A program made the translations under genes and the position numbers. This document shows positions 45,701 through 54,568 of a stretch of 64,000 nucleotides of DNA, piece after piece. This stretch comes from Bdellovibrionales bacterium (lineage in GTDB: Bacteria; Bdellovibrionota; Bdellovibrionia; Bdellovibrionales; JAGQZY01): the NCBI GenBank assembly GCA_964230645.1, contig CAXRHT010000003.1, positions 576,001-640,000 of the forward strand, read 5' to 3'. Below the pieces are notes generated by a model that saw only the letters and a list, made by a program, of their open reading frames with translations, did not search any database and had not been told where the DNA came from. The stretch's first letter is position 1; each line of letters begins with the position of its first letter.

Positions 45701-46219
45701 TGTTTCAATGGTGAGATTGGGAGTGACTACCAAACTTGTTTTGGTGGTAAAACAGGAACCTCCAATGATGGGCGCGACACTTGGTTTATGGGACTGAGTA
45801 AAAACTTTGTGATCGGTGTTTGGGTTGGTTACGATGATTTTCAGGCAATCCCAGGTAGCGCGACGGGCGGACAACTGGCTCTCCCCATTTTTATGGACAT
45901 CGTAGAGCAAGGAATTGATCATCTTCCCGAAGTGGCCCCTTTTGTAACCAGCGGTGGATTTCGCTCTCTTAGTGATGGAAATTTTAATATCTCAACAGAG
46001 AGTCTCTGGGACCAAGATTCTAATTTTGAACCCTCTGGTGGAGCTTTGGCGGACCGTTGTTTTTGTCAGCGGGTCACCAATGAGTCCGGTCTGACTTTAG
46101 GTTACCGAATCGTATCAAGAGCCCAGCCCAACTTTATCAGTGAAATATACAACTATGTGGGTGAGTGCATGATGGATAAAAGTCAGCTTGTCAGCCAAGG
46201 GAGTTTGAGATGTCAGTAA
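42788..46219 (+). CDS. Class A penicillin-binding protein (GT51 transglycosylase + transpeptidase) with large insertions
   Basis: AAEDEQFFSHDG, GGSTVTMQLLKN, RKVRE, LELYFN...FG; transpeptidase GSALKP, SYN and GKTGT motifs. Confidence 0.92.
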   Translation: MDNFIVLMVAALVSLHQYLPEDSETTHKYYNNVEQMQRLDILPAANQSCLYLYNLSKTAGIETFGADGALGIAAGTLLEQGDGLGAALSLLESDAMAEKLESRGLNPSELKNFFTRLCNPEFDPYSLPQDLESKVEDFLKNEIQVLDQQDIHSLGNFQVYGGVEVYDSQLQPVGIQGVMERKWTPYNEIGHGLFISLLAAEDEQFFSHDGVNTLSVARIIKEALSSDSASGGSTVTMQLLKNLYFDNWKPSEIAEYNQGQLEDVLRKVREWYWSKSFEQNFKSEQNPLAHKEKVLELYFNLVNFGLGVQGIHQASQFYFGKRPKNLSVAESAYLVSLLKRPAFYSEPENYLAWTKPRRDDYIINRIVEICQQAGDQARPQGALKLIDLCKSTDMDSPEEEEIASIKSEPLPLWRPYELPQVELAESDLPEASPIAVNFTASLTQGSADSESTTEAHIPFLRQADKVVQRIVTENPGMHKELKVKTTMDSELQKIVYSAVRDKLDAYDRERSSSRYIRPANDDRGQRARLRKEDLGFRFLYNIDRFTTKHWRPDYRLLFNVTLSAARTKEITLELASLESAFISVGLSEEASDKAQDVLRQLLSNSRDVGQVDFVEITPEGGRVLSPQEVLASLDLSESEAEEFREYYSTGSVGQNLIQNSLNRLNRYKQRKDLDPIVRTEEGEFLTTGGRSVELSSSSRQRASELSQGKTTFFWGEASGEDGSSYSLAAPKLQAAVLVVDSQTGKVLANFAGYEAEAAFFDRSLEMQRQYGSALKPWVYYLALENGLSLSTTLINSYVEFPYANGTKTYRPRNFSSGTTTHVSLQNAMISSYNIATYSLLKTPGWDGELHWRERFNQLRSLLEDVGIYEETENQIPVVLGAQVSTLQKLVDSYTYFSNGSEIKKSYMVEGIEDYFGNTLYQHQPESIGVPSRRSYSLRDLQEILAKVANRGTAARLRNFTRQLSDGRFRSLCFNGEIGSDYQTCFGGKTGTSNDGRDTWFMGLSKNFVIGVWVGYDDFQAIPGSATGGQLALPIFMDIVEQGIDHLPEVAPFVTSGGFRSLSDGNFNISTESLWDQDSNFEPSGGALADRCFCQRVTNESGLTLGYRIVSRAQPNFISEIYNYVGECMMDKSQLVSQGSLRCQ

Positions 46220-48891
46220 AATCTTTGTTTGTTGTTTTGCTTTCTCTTGTTCCGCTTAAGCTCTGGGCCAATGTGACTTTCCAAACCGATGGATGTCAGA
46301 TGGAAATTCCGGTGGAACTTTCAGGCGAGGAACCTGAAACGAGTAGTTCTATTTCTATAGTTTTGGAGTCGAGTCTCAAAAAAGTTGCTAAAATACAATG
46401 GAACGCTCCCGTAGGTGCTGAATTCTCCAAAGCCCAGATTTCATGGCCTGAGGTTGATTTTGTCGATAGCCGAGGAGAAATTTTTTTTAGTCCCGCTTAT
46501 CATGATCGATTAAGGGAAAGCATTCTCACTCCTTACGAACTTTTAAAAAAAGAGGGCGCGGTCTTCGAAGCTCCTTTCTGGGGGTTTGCAAGAGTTCAAA
46601 GTTTTTTCACTCTTTTGCACTCCCAGGAATCTTTTTTACTTGAGCTTTTGAACAACGACGGAGAGGTGCAGCAGTCTGTGGAAGTTTCCCTTAGAGGCAG
46701 TGATCTCGCTTTTAGAAATATTGCTCACCTTTGCTTTCCTCTAAAATCACAGTCCTACTTAGAGGGAGTCACTAGAAAACAAGGGGTGGGGCTTTCTTGG
46801 GAAAACTCTTATGGGGTTTTGGACTATGACCTCATCCAGTCTTTTTCTAGAGAACTCTTCCTTCGTACAATGAATGGTCAAGACTTCGAGGCTCTCTCGT
46901 CAATTCTCAATCGCTTTTCTCAACTGAATCAAGACCAACAGTCTCTTGAGTCCTCCAGCTACTCGGCTTTTTTAAATCAACTGGATCCTCTTGCCTCCCG
47001 CTTAAATGTTGTCAAAGACTCGATCCAAAGCCTGCAAGGAAGGGGAGGGGAACTCGCTTCCTTGGATCTAAAAATCAAAAACGCCAGTGAAGAGATTGAA
47101 AATTTGAGAGCGCAAATTCAAGTTGTTCAAGGTGAGAACGCTCAACTTGAACAACGCCTTCAAAGTTCCACCGAGGAGTTTTCAGAGCTTTCGATTTCTT
47201 TAGCTCTCATTGATGCAGAAATGTCTTCGGTCCGTCGTCAACTCATAGAGGCTAGCGAAAAGCTTCAAGATTTGACCCATCTTTCCTCCCATGAACTGGT
47301 GGGGGATTATGTGACAAGCCAATCGGCCGTTTCTGGTGTTGACCAGTTCACCAAGGTTTTCGATCAAGTGACAGCCATTGAAATGAATGAACAAAGAAAA
47401 GAGCAAGGCCTAGAAGTGGCTCAGATGGCAGAAACACTGCAAGAAGAACTGGATGGCTTAACCCAGATTCATTCCACTCTAATGGACCAGCGTCGAGCGC
47501 TCATGAGCATCCGCTCTCAAATCACACAAGCTCAAGGAGAGCTTCGCGATCAGCTTGACGTACTGGACATCCTCAATGGTCAGTACTACGGCTTAAGCTT
47601 TGAAACACTTCAGCCTTTGCTGGCTCAAGAAAGAGAGAGTCTTAGTGAGCCTTCAAAAATCTTTGAGGCCCAAGTCTTTGTTGCCGAAGTTAGACAGAGC
47701 TACGAAATTTATGACAATAAGTTGCTTGAGGTCGGAAGAGAGTTAAATAACAGTGAGCTTTTGTCCCATTTGGTTTGCTCAACAGAGTCTCTAAAAAATG
47801 ACTTTATGGGAAGCTGTTTAGACCCTCGCCATTTAGAAAACCAGGCTCGCGTGGAAGATTACCTCAATGGGCTCAGTTCGGCTGATCTTGAGAGGCTCGG
47901 TGAGTGGTTAGGGCAGAGCCAGAGTGTGTTCAACCAGCAAAATTTTAAAGAGGAAATCGCTTTAGAGTGGGCGATCCTAGTAAGTCTAATTCCTGTTGAT
48001 GAGCTGATTCAGAAATGGGAAGCGGTTCTCTACGCGCGCTGGAAATTCTTTAAAGCCAGAGATCTTAAGTTTAATCAAGTCAGTTTGGACTCTTTAGAGG
48101 AGGTTTTATTGCAGATTCGTGATGAGATTTCGTTAAAGGAGGAGGCCATAGGGAGCCGTCAGGCTGACATAGTAGGTCTTGAGACTCGTTTCCAGCTTCA
48201 AAGTCGCAGCTTTGAGCAGCAAGAAGAGCATTTTTTCAGTAGCGCCTCGGCTGTTTACTCGAGAATTCTGTCACAGATTCAGAGTCTTCCCACAAGTCAT
48301 TTTCAATGTTTTACCCGGGAGAGTTTGCCACTCAATTGTAGAGAGTCCTTAGCCTCGGTCGGAGAAACCATCCGCCTTAATCAAGAAGCCCTCAATGAGG
48401 AAAGAGAGCAATTGATTGCCAGTCTTCAGTCTTCCTATATGGCAACATTTAGTTACCTAACTCAAACTCTGGAAGAGACCCGTCAAAGGCAGCAAGAAGT
48501 CTCCACCCAACGTCAGAACTTTATTCAAACCCACGATCTGAGAGCCAAAGAGTCTCTTTTAGAAACTCTTCGCCATCAAAAAGAGGAAATCACTCAGGAG
48601 CTAGAAAACCTTATGGCACAAAAAGAACAACAAGCCGAACTTTTAGAAAGTTCAACAGCGATGCAAAGTCACCGTCAAAAATATTTAGTGAGATTTCTGA
48701 TTGAAAGAGCGCAATTGATTCAAGAAATAGTTCCTCTTGAAAATCAGTTGGCTGACTATTGTGAGGAGATCTCTGGACTGGAAGAGCGTTGGGAAGAGCT
48801 GATCGAACAGAGCCAGCAAGACCTTCAATTAAATGATGTCAAGCCAAGCTCTCTTCGCCAATTAAGACAGCGTTGCCAACTTTCCCTTTAG
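46210..48891 (+). CDS. Exported long coiled-coil protein
   Basis: Signal peptide ending LWA; globular N-domain followed by about 650 aa of L/E/Q-rich heptads. Confidence 0.75.
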   Translation: MSVKSLFVVLLSLVPLKLWANVTFQTDGCQMEIPVELSGEEPETSSSISIVLESSLKKVAKIQWNAPVGAEFSKAQISWPEVDFVDSRGEIFFSPAYHDRLRESILTPYELLKKEGAVFEAPFWGFARVQSFFTLLHSQESFLLELLNNDGEVQQSVEVSLRGSDLAFRNIAHLCFPLKSQSYLEGVTRKQGVGLSWENSYGVLDYDLIQSFSRELFLRTMNGQDFEALSSILNRFSQLNQDQQSLESSSYSAFLNQLDPLASRLNVVKDSIQSLQGRGGELASLDLKIKNASEEIENLRAQIQVVQGENAQLEQRLQSSTEEFSELSISLALIDAEMSSVRRQLIEASEKLQDLTHLSSHELVGDYVTSQSAVSGVDQFTKVFDQVTAIEMNEQRKEQGLEVAQMAETLQEELDGLTQIHSTLMDQRRALMSIRSQITQAQGELRDQLDVLDILNGQYYGLSFETLQPLLAQERESLSEPSKIFEAQVFVAEVRQSYEIYDNKLLEVGRELNNSELLSHLVCSTESLKNDFMGSCLDPRHLENQARVEDYLNGLSSADLERLGEWLGQSQSVFNQQNFKEEIALEWAILVSLIPVDELIQKWEAVLYARWKFFKARDLKFNQVSLDSLEEVLLQIRDEISLKEEAIGSRQADIVGLETRFQLQSRSFEQQEEHFFSSASAVYSRILSQIQSLPTSHFQCFTRESLPLNCRESLASVGETIRLNQEALNEEREQLIASLQSSYMATFSYLTQTLEETRQRQQEVSTQRQNFIQTHDLRAKESLLETLRHQKEEITQELENLMAQKEQQAELLESSTAMQSHRQKYLVRFLIERAQLIQEIVPLENQLADYCEEISGLEERWEELIEQSQQDLQLNDVKPSSLRQLRQRCQLSL

Positions 48892-49781
48892 TGGATAAGA
48901 AGTTTCATACAAAAAACAGAGCCTCCGGATTTAATATATTCGGAGGTATCCACTTCATGGATACGGAAGCCTTCGGCTTGAAGGCGCTCATTGGTTTTTT
49001 TAGCCCCTTGCTGAATAATGATATCCTTGCCATTCGGGCAGCAGAGGTTACAAGCTAGCTGCTTTACCGCTTCTTCAAGAGGAATTTCAATTAAAGTTTT
49101 AAAATTCTTTTTGATTTTATCTAAGCCCGCTTGCGAGAAGGCCTCTTTTACAAAGGCGACTTTGCCATTTCCAAGAGGTGAGAAGCAGGTGTCAAGATGG
49201 TAGAAACGCTCATTAATAAGTTCGAGTTGAATAATTTCTTGGCCGAGAAGCTCTTCCATTTTTGGATAGATTTCATGGGAAGTGCGAATGCCATACCCGC
49301 CGTAAACCTTCTCTGTAGAATAATCCCAGATAACGTCTCCCATTCCCTCTAAAGGAATGTCTCCGAGTTTGTGGGTGGGGATTTGATGACTCTCCGCCCA
49401 CTCTTTGAAAAAGGGAACTTCTGGTTTTCTTTGCTCCGAGTGCATTTCACTAAGGATCAAATTCAATTGCCCATTCTTTTTAAATGGAAAACATTGGTTG
49501 GCGCAAAAAACCATATCTGGAAGGTTTTCACGCCCTGGCATCACTTCGATTTCAAGTTGCAAACTTTCAAAAGTTTGTTTGAGTTTTTCCCACTGCTGAC
49601 GCGCTTTTTTGGTATCAACGGATTTCAGCTCTCCTTTGTTGTTAATCATATGGGGGTTGATGGCATATTCGATATCAAAGTAATCAGGGCTGACCATAAG
49701 TACTTTTTTCGGCCACAACATCACATCCTCCGGGGCGCCAGCATTACTAAAACAATCATCAAATAACTTCATAACATTCAC
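48888..49781 (-). CDS. Amidinotransferase/dimethylargininase-family (pentein) enzyme
   Basis: IEYAINPHM, LPDMVFCAN, EGMGD, FYHLDTCF, KSGGSVFCM with the catalytic Cys. Confidence 0.9.
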   Translation of the reverse strand: MNVMKLFDDCFSNAGAPEDVMLWPKKVLMVSPDYFDIEYAINPHMINNKGELKSVDTKKARQQWEKLKQTFESLQLEIEVMPGRENLPDMVFCANQCFPFKKNGQLNLILSEMHSEQRKPEVPFFKEWAESHQIPTHKLGDIPLEGMGDVIWDYSTEKVYGGYGIRTSHEIYPKMEELLGQEIIQLELINERFYHLDTCFSPLGNGKVAFVKEAFSQAGLDKIKKNFKTLIEIPLEEAVKQLACNLCCPNGKDIIIQQGAKKTNERLQAEGFRIHEVDTSEYIKSGGSVFCMKLLIH

Positions 49782-49997
49782 TCCTACTCAGTCACGTCCG
49801 CTCGATCTGTGCGATGGGTTGATAAAAATTTAAATACGGGAAGTCCGGACTTGGAGGACTTCAGCGGCAATAGATAGACCTTTGTGATAAATCTACGCTT
49901 CGCGTTATAGCAAAGGGCGACGCATCATCAAAAGAGCCATGACGAACCTGTGGGATCTGGTGTAGGAGCTACTTATTCCATAGGGGGGAAATTACAT

Positions 49998-51110
49998 ATG
50001 CGTTTACTATTTGCCACACTTCTAGTGTTTACGTTTGCAAAATCTTCATGGGCTAACGAAGTACCTCAGTACGGGTTCACCAAGGCCGAAAATGAATTTA
50101 TGGCTGAGCAAAATGGGATGACTGCCCAGTTTGATTTTAGTCGATCACTGATCGCGGAAAGTGGGGATGGATCCCTCCTGACCCAAACGGATGCCAGACC
50201 TTTTGCGGAGTATGAAAAAGCGGGTTACTTAATTTTTAGCAGCGGAACGTCGTTTGCCTCAGGTCAGATAAAAAAAGGCTTGGCGGAAAATTTACCGGCC
50301 GGAGTGAAACTTGTGGTCTATACCCAAAATAATTCAGCCGACAATGTGCAAAGAATCCGTGATCGTTACCAAGGACTTATCGAACAAGACCGACTTGTGG
50401 TCGTCTACATGTCTTCTGGTGGCAATGGCTTTTGGGCGCGAGACGCTGTTCCTGTTCCTGTTTATAGAAGCGACAAAATGAAACAGGCACGTGATCCACG
50501 TTTTACAGTAGTCGATGCGGTTTACTATCATCACTTTGAGCCCGATGAAGAGTTTCAAAATCTCTTTCTTTCAGAACTGACATCTCATGAATACTACTAT
50601 GAAGGTGGAAACTTTATTGCTAACTCTAAAAATGAGTGTCTGATCGTGAACAAAACAGCCACAAGAAGAATTCCTGATTCTGTTTTTTTAGACCACTACG
50701 GTTGTAAAGTTCTTACTAGACTTCCCCATGTCAAAGGGATTGGTCACGCCGATGAAAGTGTGAAATTTGTGGACGATCAAACAGTTCTTACTGATGAACC
50801 AAGCTATATTCCGGCTCTTGAGGAGAAAGGTTACCGAGTCGTTCAGTTGCCCCGTCCTAACAACGAATATGAGACTTATGTTAATTCCCTCATAATTAAC
50901 GGTAAAGTCTTTGTTCCCATCTTTAAGCAAGATAAAGATGAAGAGGTTCTTCAGATCTATAGAGACCTTGGGTTTGAAGCTTACGGCTATGACAGTCGCA
51001 CCCTTTCCAATCGTGGTTTGGGGTCGATTCACTGTATCACTATGACTTATCCTGAGGATGTTCCTATGAACGACCTTGTTGAGTCTATGGGTGGTCAAGT
51101 ACTCCAATAA
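49998..51110 (+). CDS. Exported agmatine/peptidylarginine deiminase-family protein
   Basis: Signal peptide ending SWA; AEYE, WARD, EGGN, GHAD, YVN and GSIHCIT motifs. Confidence 0.88.
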   Translation: MRLLFATLLVFTFAKSSWANEVPQYGFTKAENEFMAEQNGMTAQFDFSRSLIAESGDGSLLTQTDARPFAEYEKAGYLIFSSGTSFASGQIKKGLAENLPAGVKLVVYTQNNSADNVQRIRDRYQGLIEQDRLVVVYMSSGGNGFWARDAVPVPVYRSDKMKQARDPRFTVVDAVYYHHFEPDEEFQNLFLSELTSHEYYYEGGNFIANSKNECLIVNKTATRRIPDSVFLDHYGCKVLTRLPHVKGIGHADESVKFVDDQTVLTDEPSYIPALEEKGYRVVQLPRPNNEYETYVNSLIINGKVFVPIFKQDKDEEVLQIYRDLGFEAYGYDSRTLSNRGLGSIHCITMTYPEDVPMNDLVESMGGQVLQ

Positions 51111-51132
51111 TCGTTTGAGCAAGACCAATATG

Positions 51133-51159
51133 AAAAAGGGGCTTGAGAGCCCCTTTTTT
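51133..51159 (+). terminator. Rho-independent terminator
   Basis: AAAAAGGGGCT / AGCCCCTTTTTT. Confidence 0.88.
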
Positions 51160-51210
51160 ATTGTCGCTTTTTGCCTAGTGTTTATCGGATTTTCCCAGTA
51201 AGTTGGGGTT

Positions 51211-52296
51211 GTGAAACAAAAAAATGTAGTCATCGCGGGAGGCGGAACGGGTGGTCATATTTACCCCGGGATCGCCTTAGCCCAAGAGTTAAAGCGTCGA
51301 AATCCCGAATACCAGGTCCATTTTGTTGGGGCGACTGGAGGCCTGGAAGAAAAAATTGTTCCTAGCCACGGTTATCCTCTCCATTTACTTAATGTCGGAA
51401 GGCTCCACCATTCAGTGGGAGTTTTGCAAAGATTAAAAACCCTGATACTTTTGCCTATTTCTCTTTTTCACTCTCTGTTTCTATACTTTAAGCTTCGTCC
51501 GTATTGGGTGATCGGAATCGGTGGATTTGCCTCAGGACCTTTCGTACTGATGTCAGCTCTTATGGGTGGAAAGTCGGCTATTTTAGAGCCCAATGCTTTT
51601 CCCGGTCTTGCCAATCGTTGGCTGTCTAAATTTGTTAGCACATGTTTTGTTGTTTTTGAAAAGACCAAAGATTTCTTTCCAAAGAGCAAGGTGAAACAAG
51701 TGGGGCTTCCTGTGCGTCTAGCCAAAAAGAAGCCCTTGATGAACTACAAGACAGAAGAGCGGGCGTTTCGCATTTTGGTTTTTGGAGGAAGCCAAGGGGC
51801 AAGAGGGATCAATAACGTCTTTGGGGAGTGGGTGAAAAGTCTCGGTCCTCAGTCAAAAAATTTCGAGATCTATCACCAGACCGGTCACCGCGATTTTCAC
51901 CTTTGGGAAAAGGAGTATGGTCGCGAGTTTGATGGTTTTCTCCGTTACTCTCCCTATATCGATAATATGCCCGATCAACTCGACTGGGCTGACCTCATTA
52001 TTTGCCGCTCTGGCATCGGGTCTGTTGTCGAAGTGGCCATGGCAGGAAAGCCAGCCATTTTTGTTCCTTTACCCACGGCCGCTGACAATCATCAGGTGCA
52101 CAACGCCCAGGTATTATTGGAAGAGAAGGCCGCTCTAATGATTGAGCAAAAAGATTTAACGATTGAAAAATTAGATCAAGTCATTGAGAATCTTCGCCAA
52201 AATCCGGAGCAATTAAATCAGATGATGGAGAAGTTACAGGAGTTTGATTACTCAAGTGCACCTAGAGAAATATTAAACCAGCTTATGAAAGATTAA
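51211..52296 (+). CDS. murG: MurG glycosyltransferase
   Basis: GGGTGGHIYP, GGSQGA, HQ..NA. Confidence 0.97.
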   Translation: MKQKNVVIAGGGTGGHIYPGIALAQELKRRNPEYQVHFVGATGGLEEKIVPSHGYPLHLLNVGRLHHSVGVLQRLKTLILLPISLFHSLFLYFKLRPYWVIGIGGFASGPFVLMSALMGGKSAILEPNAFPGLANRWLSKFVSTCFVVFEKTKDFFPKSKVKQVGLPVRLAKKKPLMNYKTEERAFRILVFGGSQGARGINNVFGEWVKSLGPQSKNFEIYHQTGHRDFHLWEKEYGREFDGFLRYSPYIDNMPDQLDWADLIICRSGIGSVVEVAMAGKPAIFVPLPTAADNHQVHNAQVLLEEKAALMIEQKDLTIEKLDQVIENLRQNPEQLNQMMEKLQEFDYSSAPREILNQLMKD

Positions 52297-52298
52297 AT

Positions 52299-53648
52299 AT
52301 GAGTATTAAGAATACAAAAGCCCATTTTGTCGGAATCGGTGGCATTGGAATGTCAGCCTTAGCCGAACTTTTTGATCGTTTGGGGGCCCAGGTGACGGGA
52401 ACGGACCTCAGAGAGGGCAAGCAAACCGATCATCTCAAGGAAAAAGGCATCGCTGTAAAAATTGGCCACGATGAAAACAATCTCGCTGAGGACTGCGATG
52501 TGGTTGTGTACTCCAGTGCGATCAACTGGGAAAACCCCGAAATGAAAAAAGCCAGTCGGTTGTCAATTCCGATCATTCCTCGTGCTGAAGCTTTGGCTGA
52601 AATCATGCGCATCAAAAGAGGAATTGCCGTTGGTGGCACTCATGGAAAAACCACCACCACCTCGATCATCAGTTCTATCTTTCTTCACGCTGATTTTGAT
52701 CCCACCATTGCTGTTGGCGGTCGATTGAAACTGATTGAATCCACTAACCGTTTAGGAGCTGGCCCCTGGATGGTGGCTGAGGCCGACGAGAGTGATGGGA
52801 GTTTTGCAAGACTCTCTCCTGAAATCAGTATTATCACAAATATCGATAGTGATCACTTGGATCACTTCGGAAGCTTTGAGAATCTCCAAGCCGCCTTTAA
52901 GAATTTTGCCCTCAGTATTCCCTATTATGGCTCTGCGATCGTGATGGGCGATGATCCGAAGACAAGAGAGATTTTCAAAAATTTCACTAAAAAAATTATT
53001 TTTTATGGAGAAAACGACAACAACGACTTTATCCTGAAAAAAGAGGGCCTGGCCTATTCTGTCTTCACAGAAGGGGAGAAAATTGGTGAGTTACAGCTCG
53101 CCGTTCCTGGTGTTCACAATGCGCTTAATGCCCTTGCAGCTTGTATTGCCACCCACGAGGCGGGAGTCCCTTGGGATAAGTGTTTCCAAGGCGCCAATCA
53201 ATACGATGGTGTTGATCGTCGTTTTCAAAAAATCGCAGAAAAAAACGACATTCAAATTTTTGATGATTACGCTCACCATCCAACAGAGATCAAGGCCACA
53301 GTCAGTGCGGTCAGTGACTTAAAAGCCAAGGGTGATTTTCATTTGATTTATGAGCCTCACCGTTTCACTAGAACAAGAGATTGTTGGGAAGAGTATAAGT
53401 CTTGCTTCAATGGGGTGGATAAACTTTATCTAGCCCCCATTTACACCGCTGGAGAGACTCCCATTGAAGGAGTTTCGAGCCAGAATCTTGCTAAAAAAAT
53501 CAATGTACCTACCGAGTGTTTTGAAGATGAAGAGCAATTTTTAAAAGATCTCACCGGGCGATTAAAACCAGGGGATGTGGTTATGACCATGGGAGCTGGG
53601 CAAGTGTGGAAGCTTGGATTAAAACTGCAATCTCTTTTGGAGGCCTAA
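52299..53648 (+). CDS. murC: UDP-MurNAc--L-Ala ligase MurC
   Basis: GIGGIGMS, GTHGKTTT, EADESD, DDYAHHPTE. Confidence 0.98.
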   Translation: MSIKNTKAHFVGIGGIGMSALAELFDRLGAQVTGTDLREGKQTDHLKEKGIAVKIGHDENNLAEDCDVVVYSSAINWENPEMKKASRLSIPIIPRAEALAEIMRIKRGIAVGGTHGKTTTTSIISSIFLHADFDPTIAVGGRLKLIESTNRLGAGPWMVAEADESDGSFARLSPEISIITNIDSDHLDHFGSFENLQAAFKNFALSIPYYGSAIVMGDDPKTREIFKNFTKKIIFYGENDNNDFILKKEGLAYSVFTEGEKIGELQLAVPGVHNALNALAACIATHEAGVPWDKCFQGANQYDGVDRRFQKIAEKNDIQIFDDYAHHPTEIKATVSAVSDLKAKGDFHLIYEPHRFTRTRDCWEEYKSCFNGVDKLYLAPIYTAGETPIEGVSSQNLAKKINVPTECFEDEEQFLKDLTGRLKPGDVVMTMGAGQVWKLGLKLQSLLEA

Positions 53649-53652
53649 GGTT

Positions 53653-54567
53653 TTGTCTGAGTCCTTGAATGTGGAGAAGAATAAAAGTTTGGCAGAGTTT
53701 ACCTCATGGAAGGTAGGTGGAGCCGCTCAGTATTATGTGGCACCCTCAACGATTGATGAGCTTAAAGAAGCACTCATTTATTCCAGTAAAGAAAATCTGC
53801 CCTATACTATTCTTGGAGGTGGGTCGAACTCTCTTGTGAGCGATAAGGGAGTTAAGGGTCTTCTTATTCACACCCATTTATTGAGTTCGGTGGAAGTGAT
53901 TGAAGACAAAGAAAAGCTTGTACTTGAGGCCCTTGCAGGAACACAGAAATCTGAAGTTCTAAAGCACTTTATGAAAAGTCGTTTAGCGCCGGCTATTTTT
54001 CTGGCGGGACTCCCCGGGGATATGGCCGGTGGTGTGGTTATGAATGCAGGGATCGGTCAGAAACAAAAGCCTCGAGAATTCGTTGAGATTGTGGACTCTT
54101 TTGAGGTTTTAAGAGTTGATGAAGCTGGCAGGCTTCAAACTCAGATTTATGAAAGCACCGAAGTCGATTGGTCCTACCGTAAAACTCAAGGTTGGCAACC
54201 TGGTGTGATCTCTAAAGTCAGAGTCAGTTGGCCCAATGAACCCGATCCTGAGGTTTTAAAACTTGTTCGTGATGGCAACAAGAGGCGAAAAAGCACTCAG
54301 CCCTTGCACCAACCCAGTTGTGGTTCCGTTTTCAAAAACCCAGAAGGCGATCATTCCGGTCGTCTTATTGAGAGCCTTGGGCTTAAGGGCTTTTCCATAG
54401 GAGGGGCTCAAGTTTCAGAAAAGCATGCCAACTTTATTGTCAATTTAGGCTCAGCCACGGCTCAAGATATCCATGATGTGATTTCCCATGTTCAAACAGA
54501 GGTTCGAAAAAAAACCGGAGTTCATCTTCATAACGAAGTCGTTTATCTAGGAGACTGGGATAAGTAG
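53653..54567 (+). CDS. murB: UDP-N-acetylenolpyruvoylglucosamine reductase MurB
   Basis: GGGSN, MNAG, QP...PSCGSVFKNP, KHANFIVN. Confidence 0.96.
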   Translation: MSESLNVEKNKSLAEFTSWKVGGAAQYYVAPSTIDELKEALIYSSKENLPYTILGGGSNSLVSDKGVKGLLIHTHLLSSVEVIEDKEKLVLEALAGTQKSEVLKHFMKSRLAPAIFLAGLPGDMAGGVVMNAGIGQKQKPREFVEIVDSFEVLRVDEAGRLQTQIYESTEVDWSYRKTQGWQPGVISKVRVSWPNEPDPEVLKLVRDGNKRRKSTQPLHQPSCGSVFKNPEGDHSGRLIESLGLKGFSIGGAQVSEKHANFIVNLGSATAQDIHDVISHVQTEVRKKTGVHLHNEVVYLGDWDK

Positions 54568-54568
54568 A

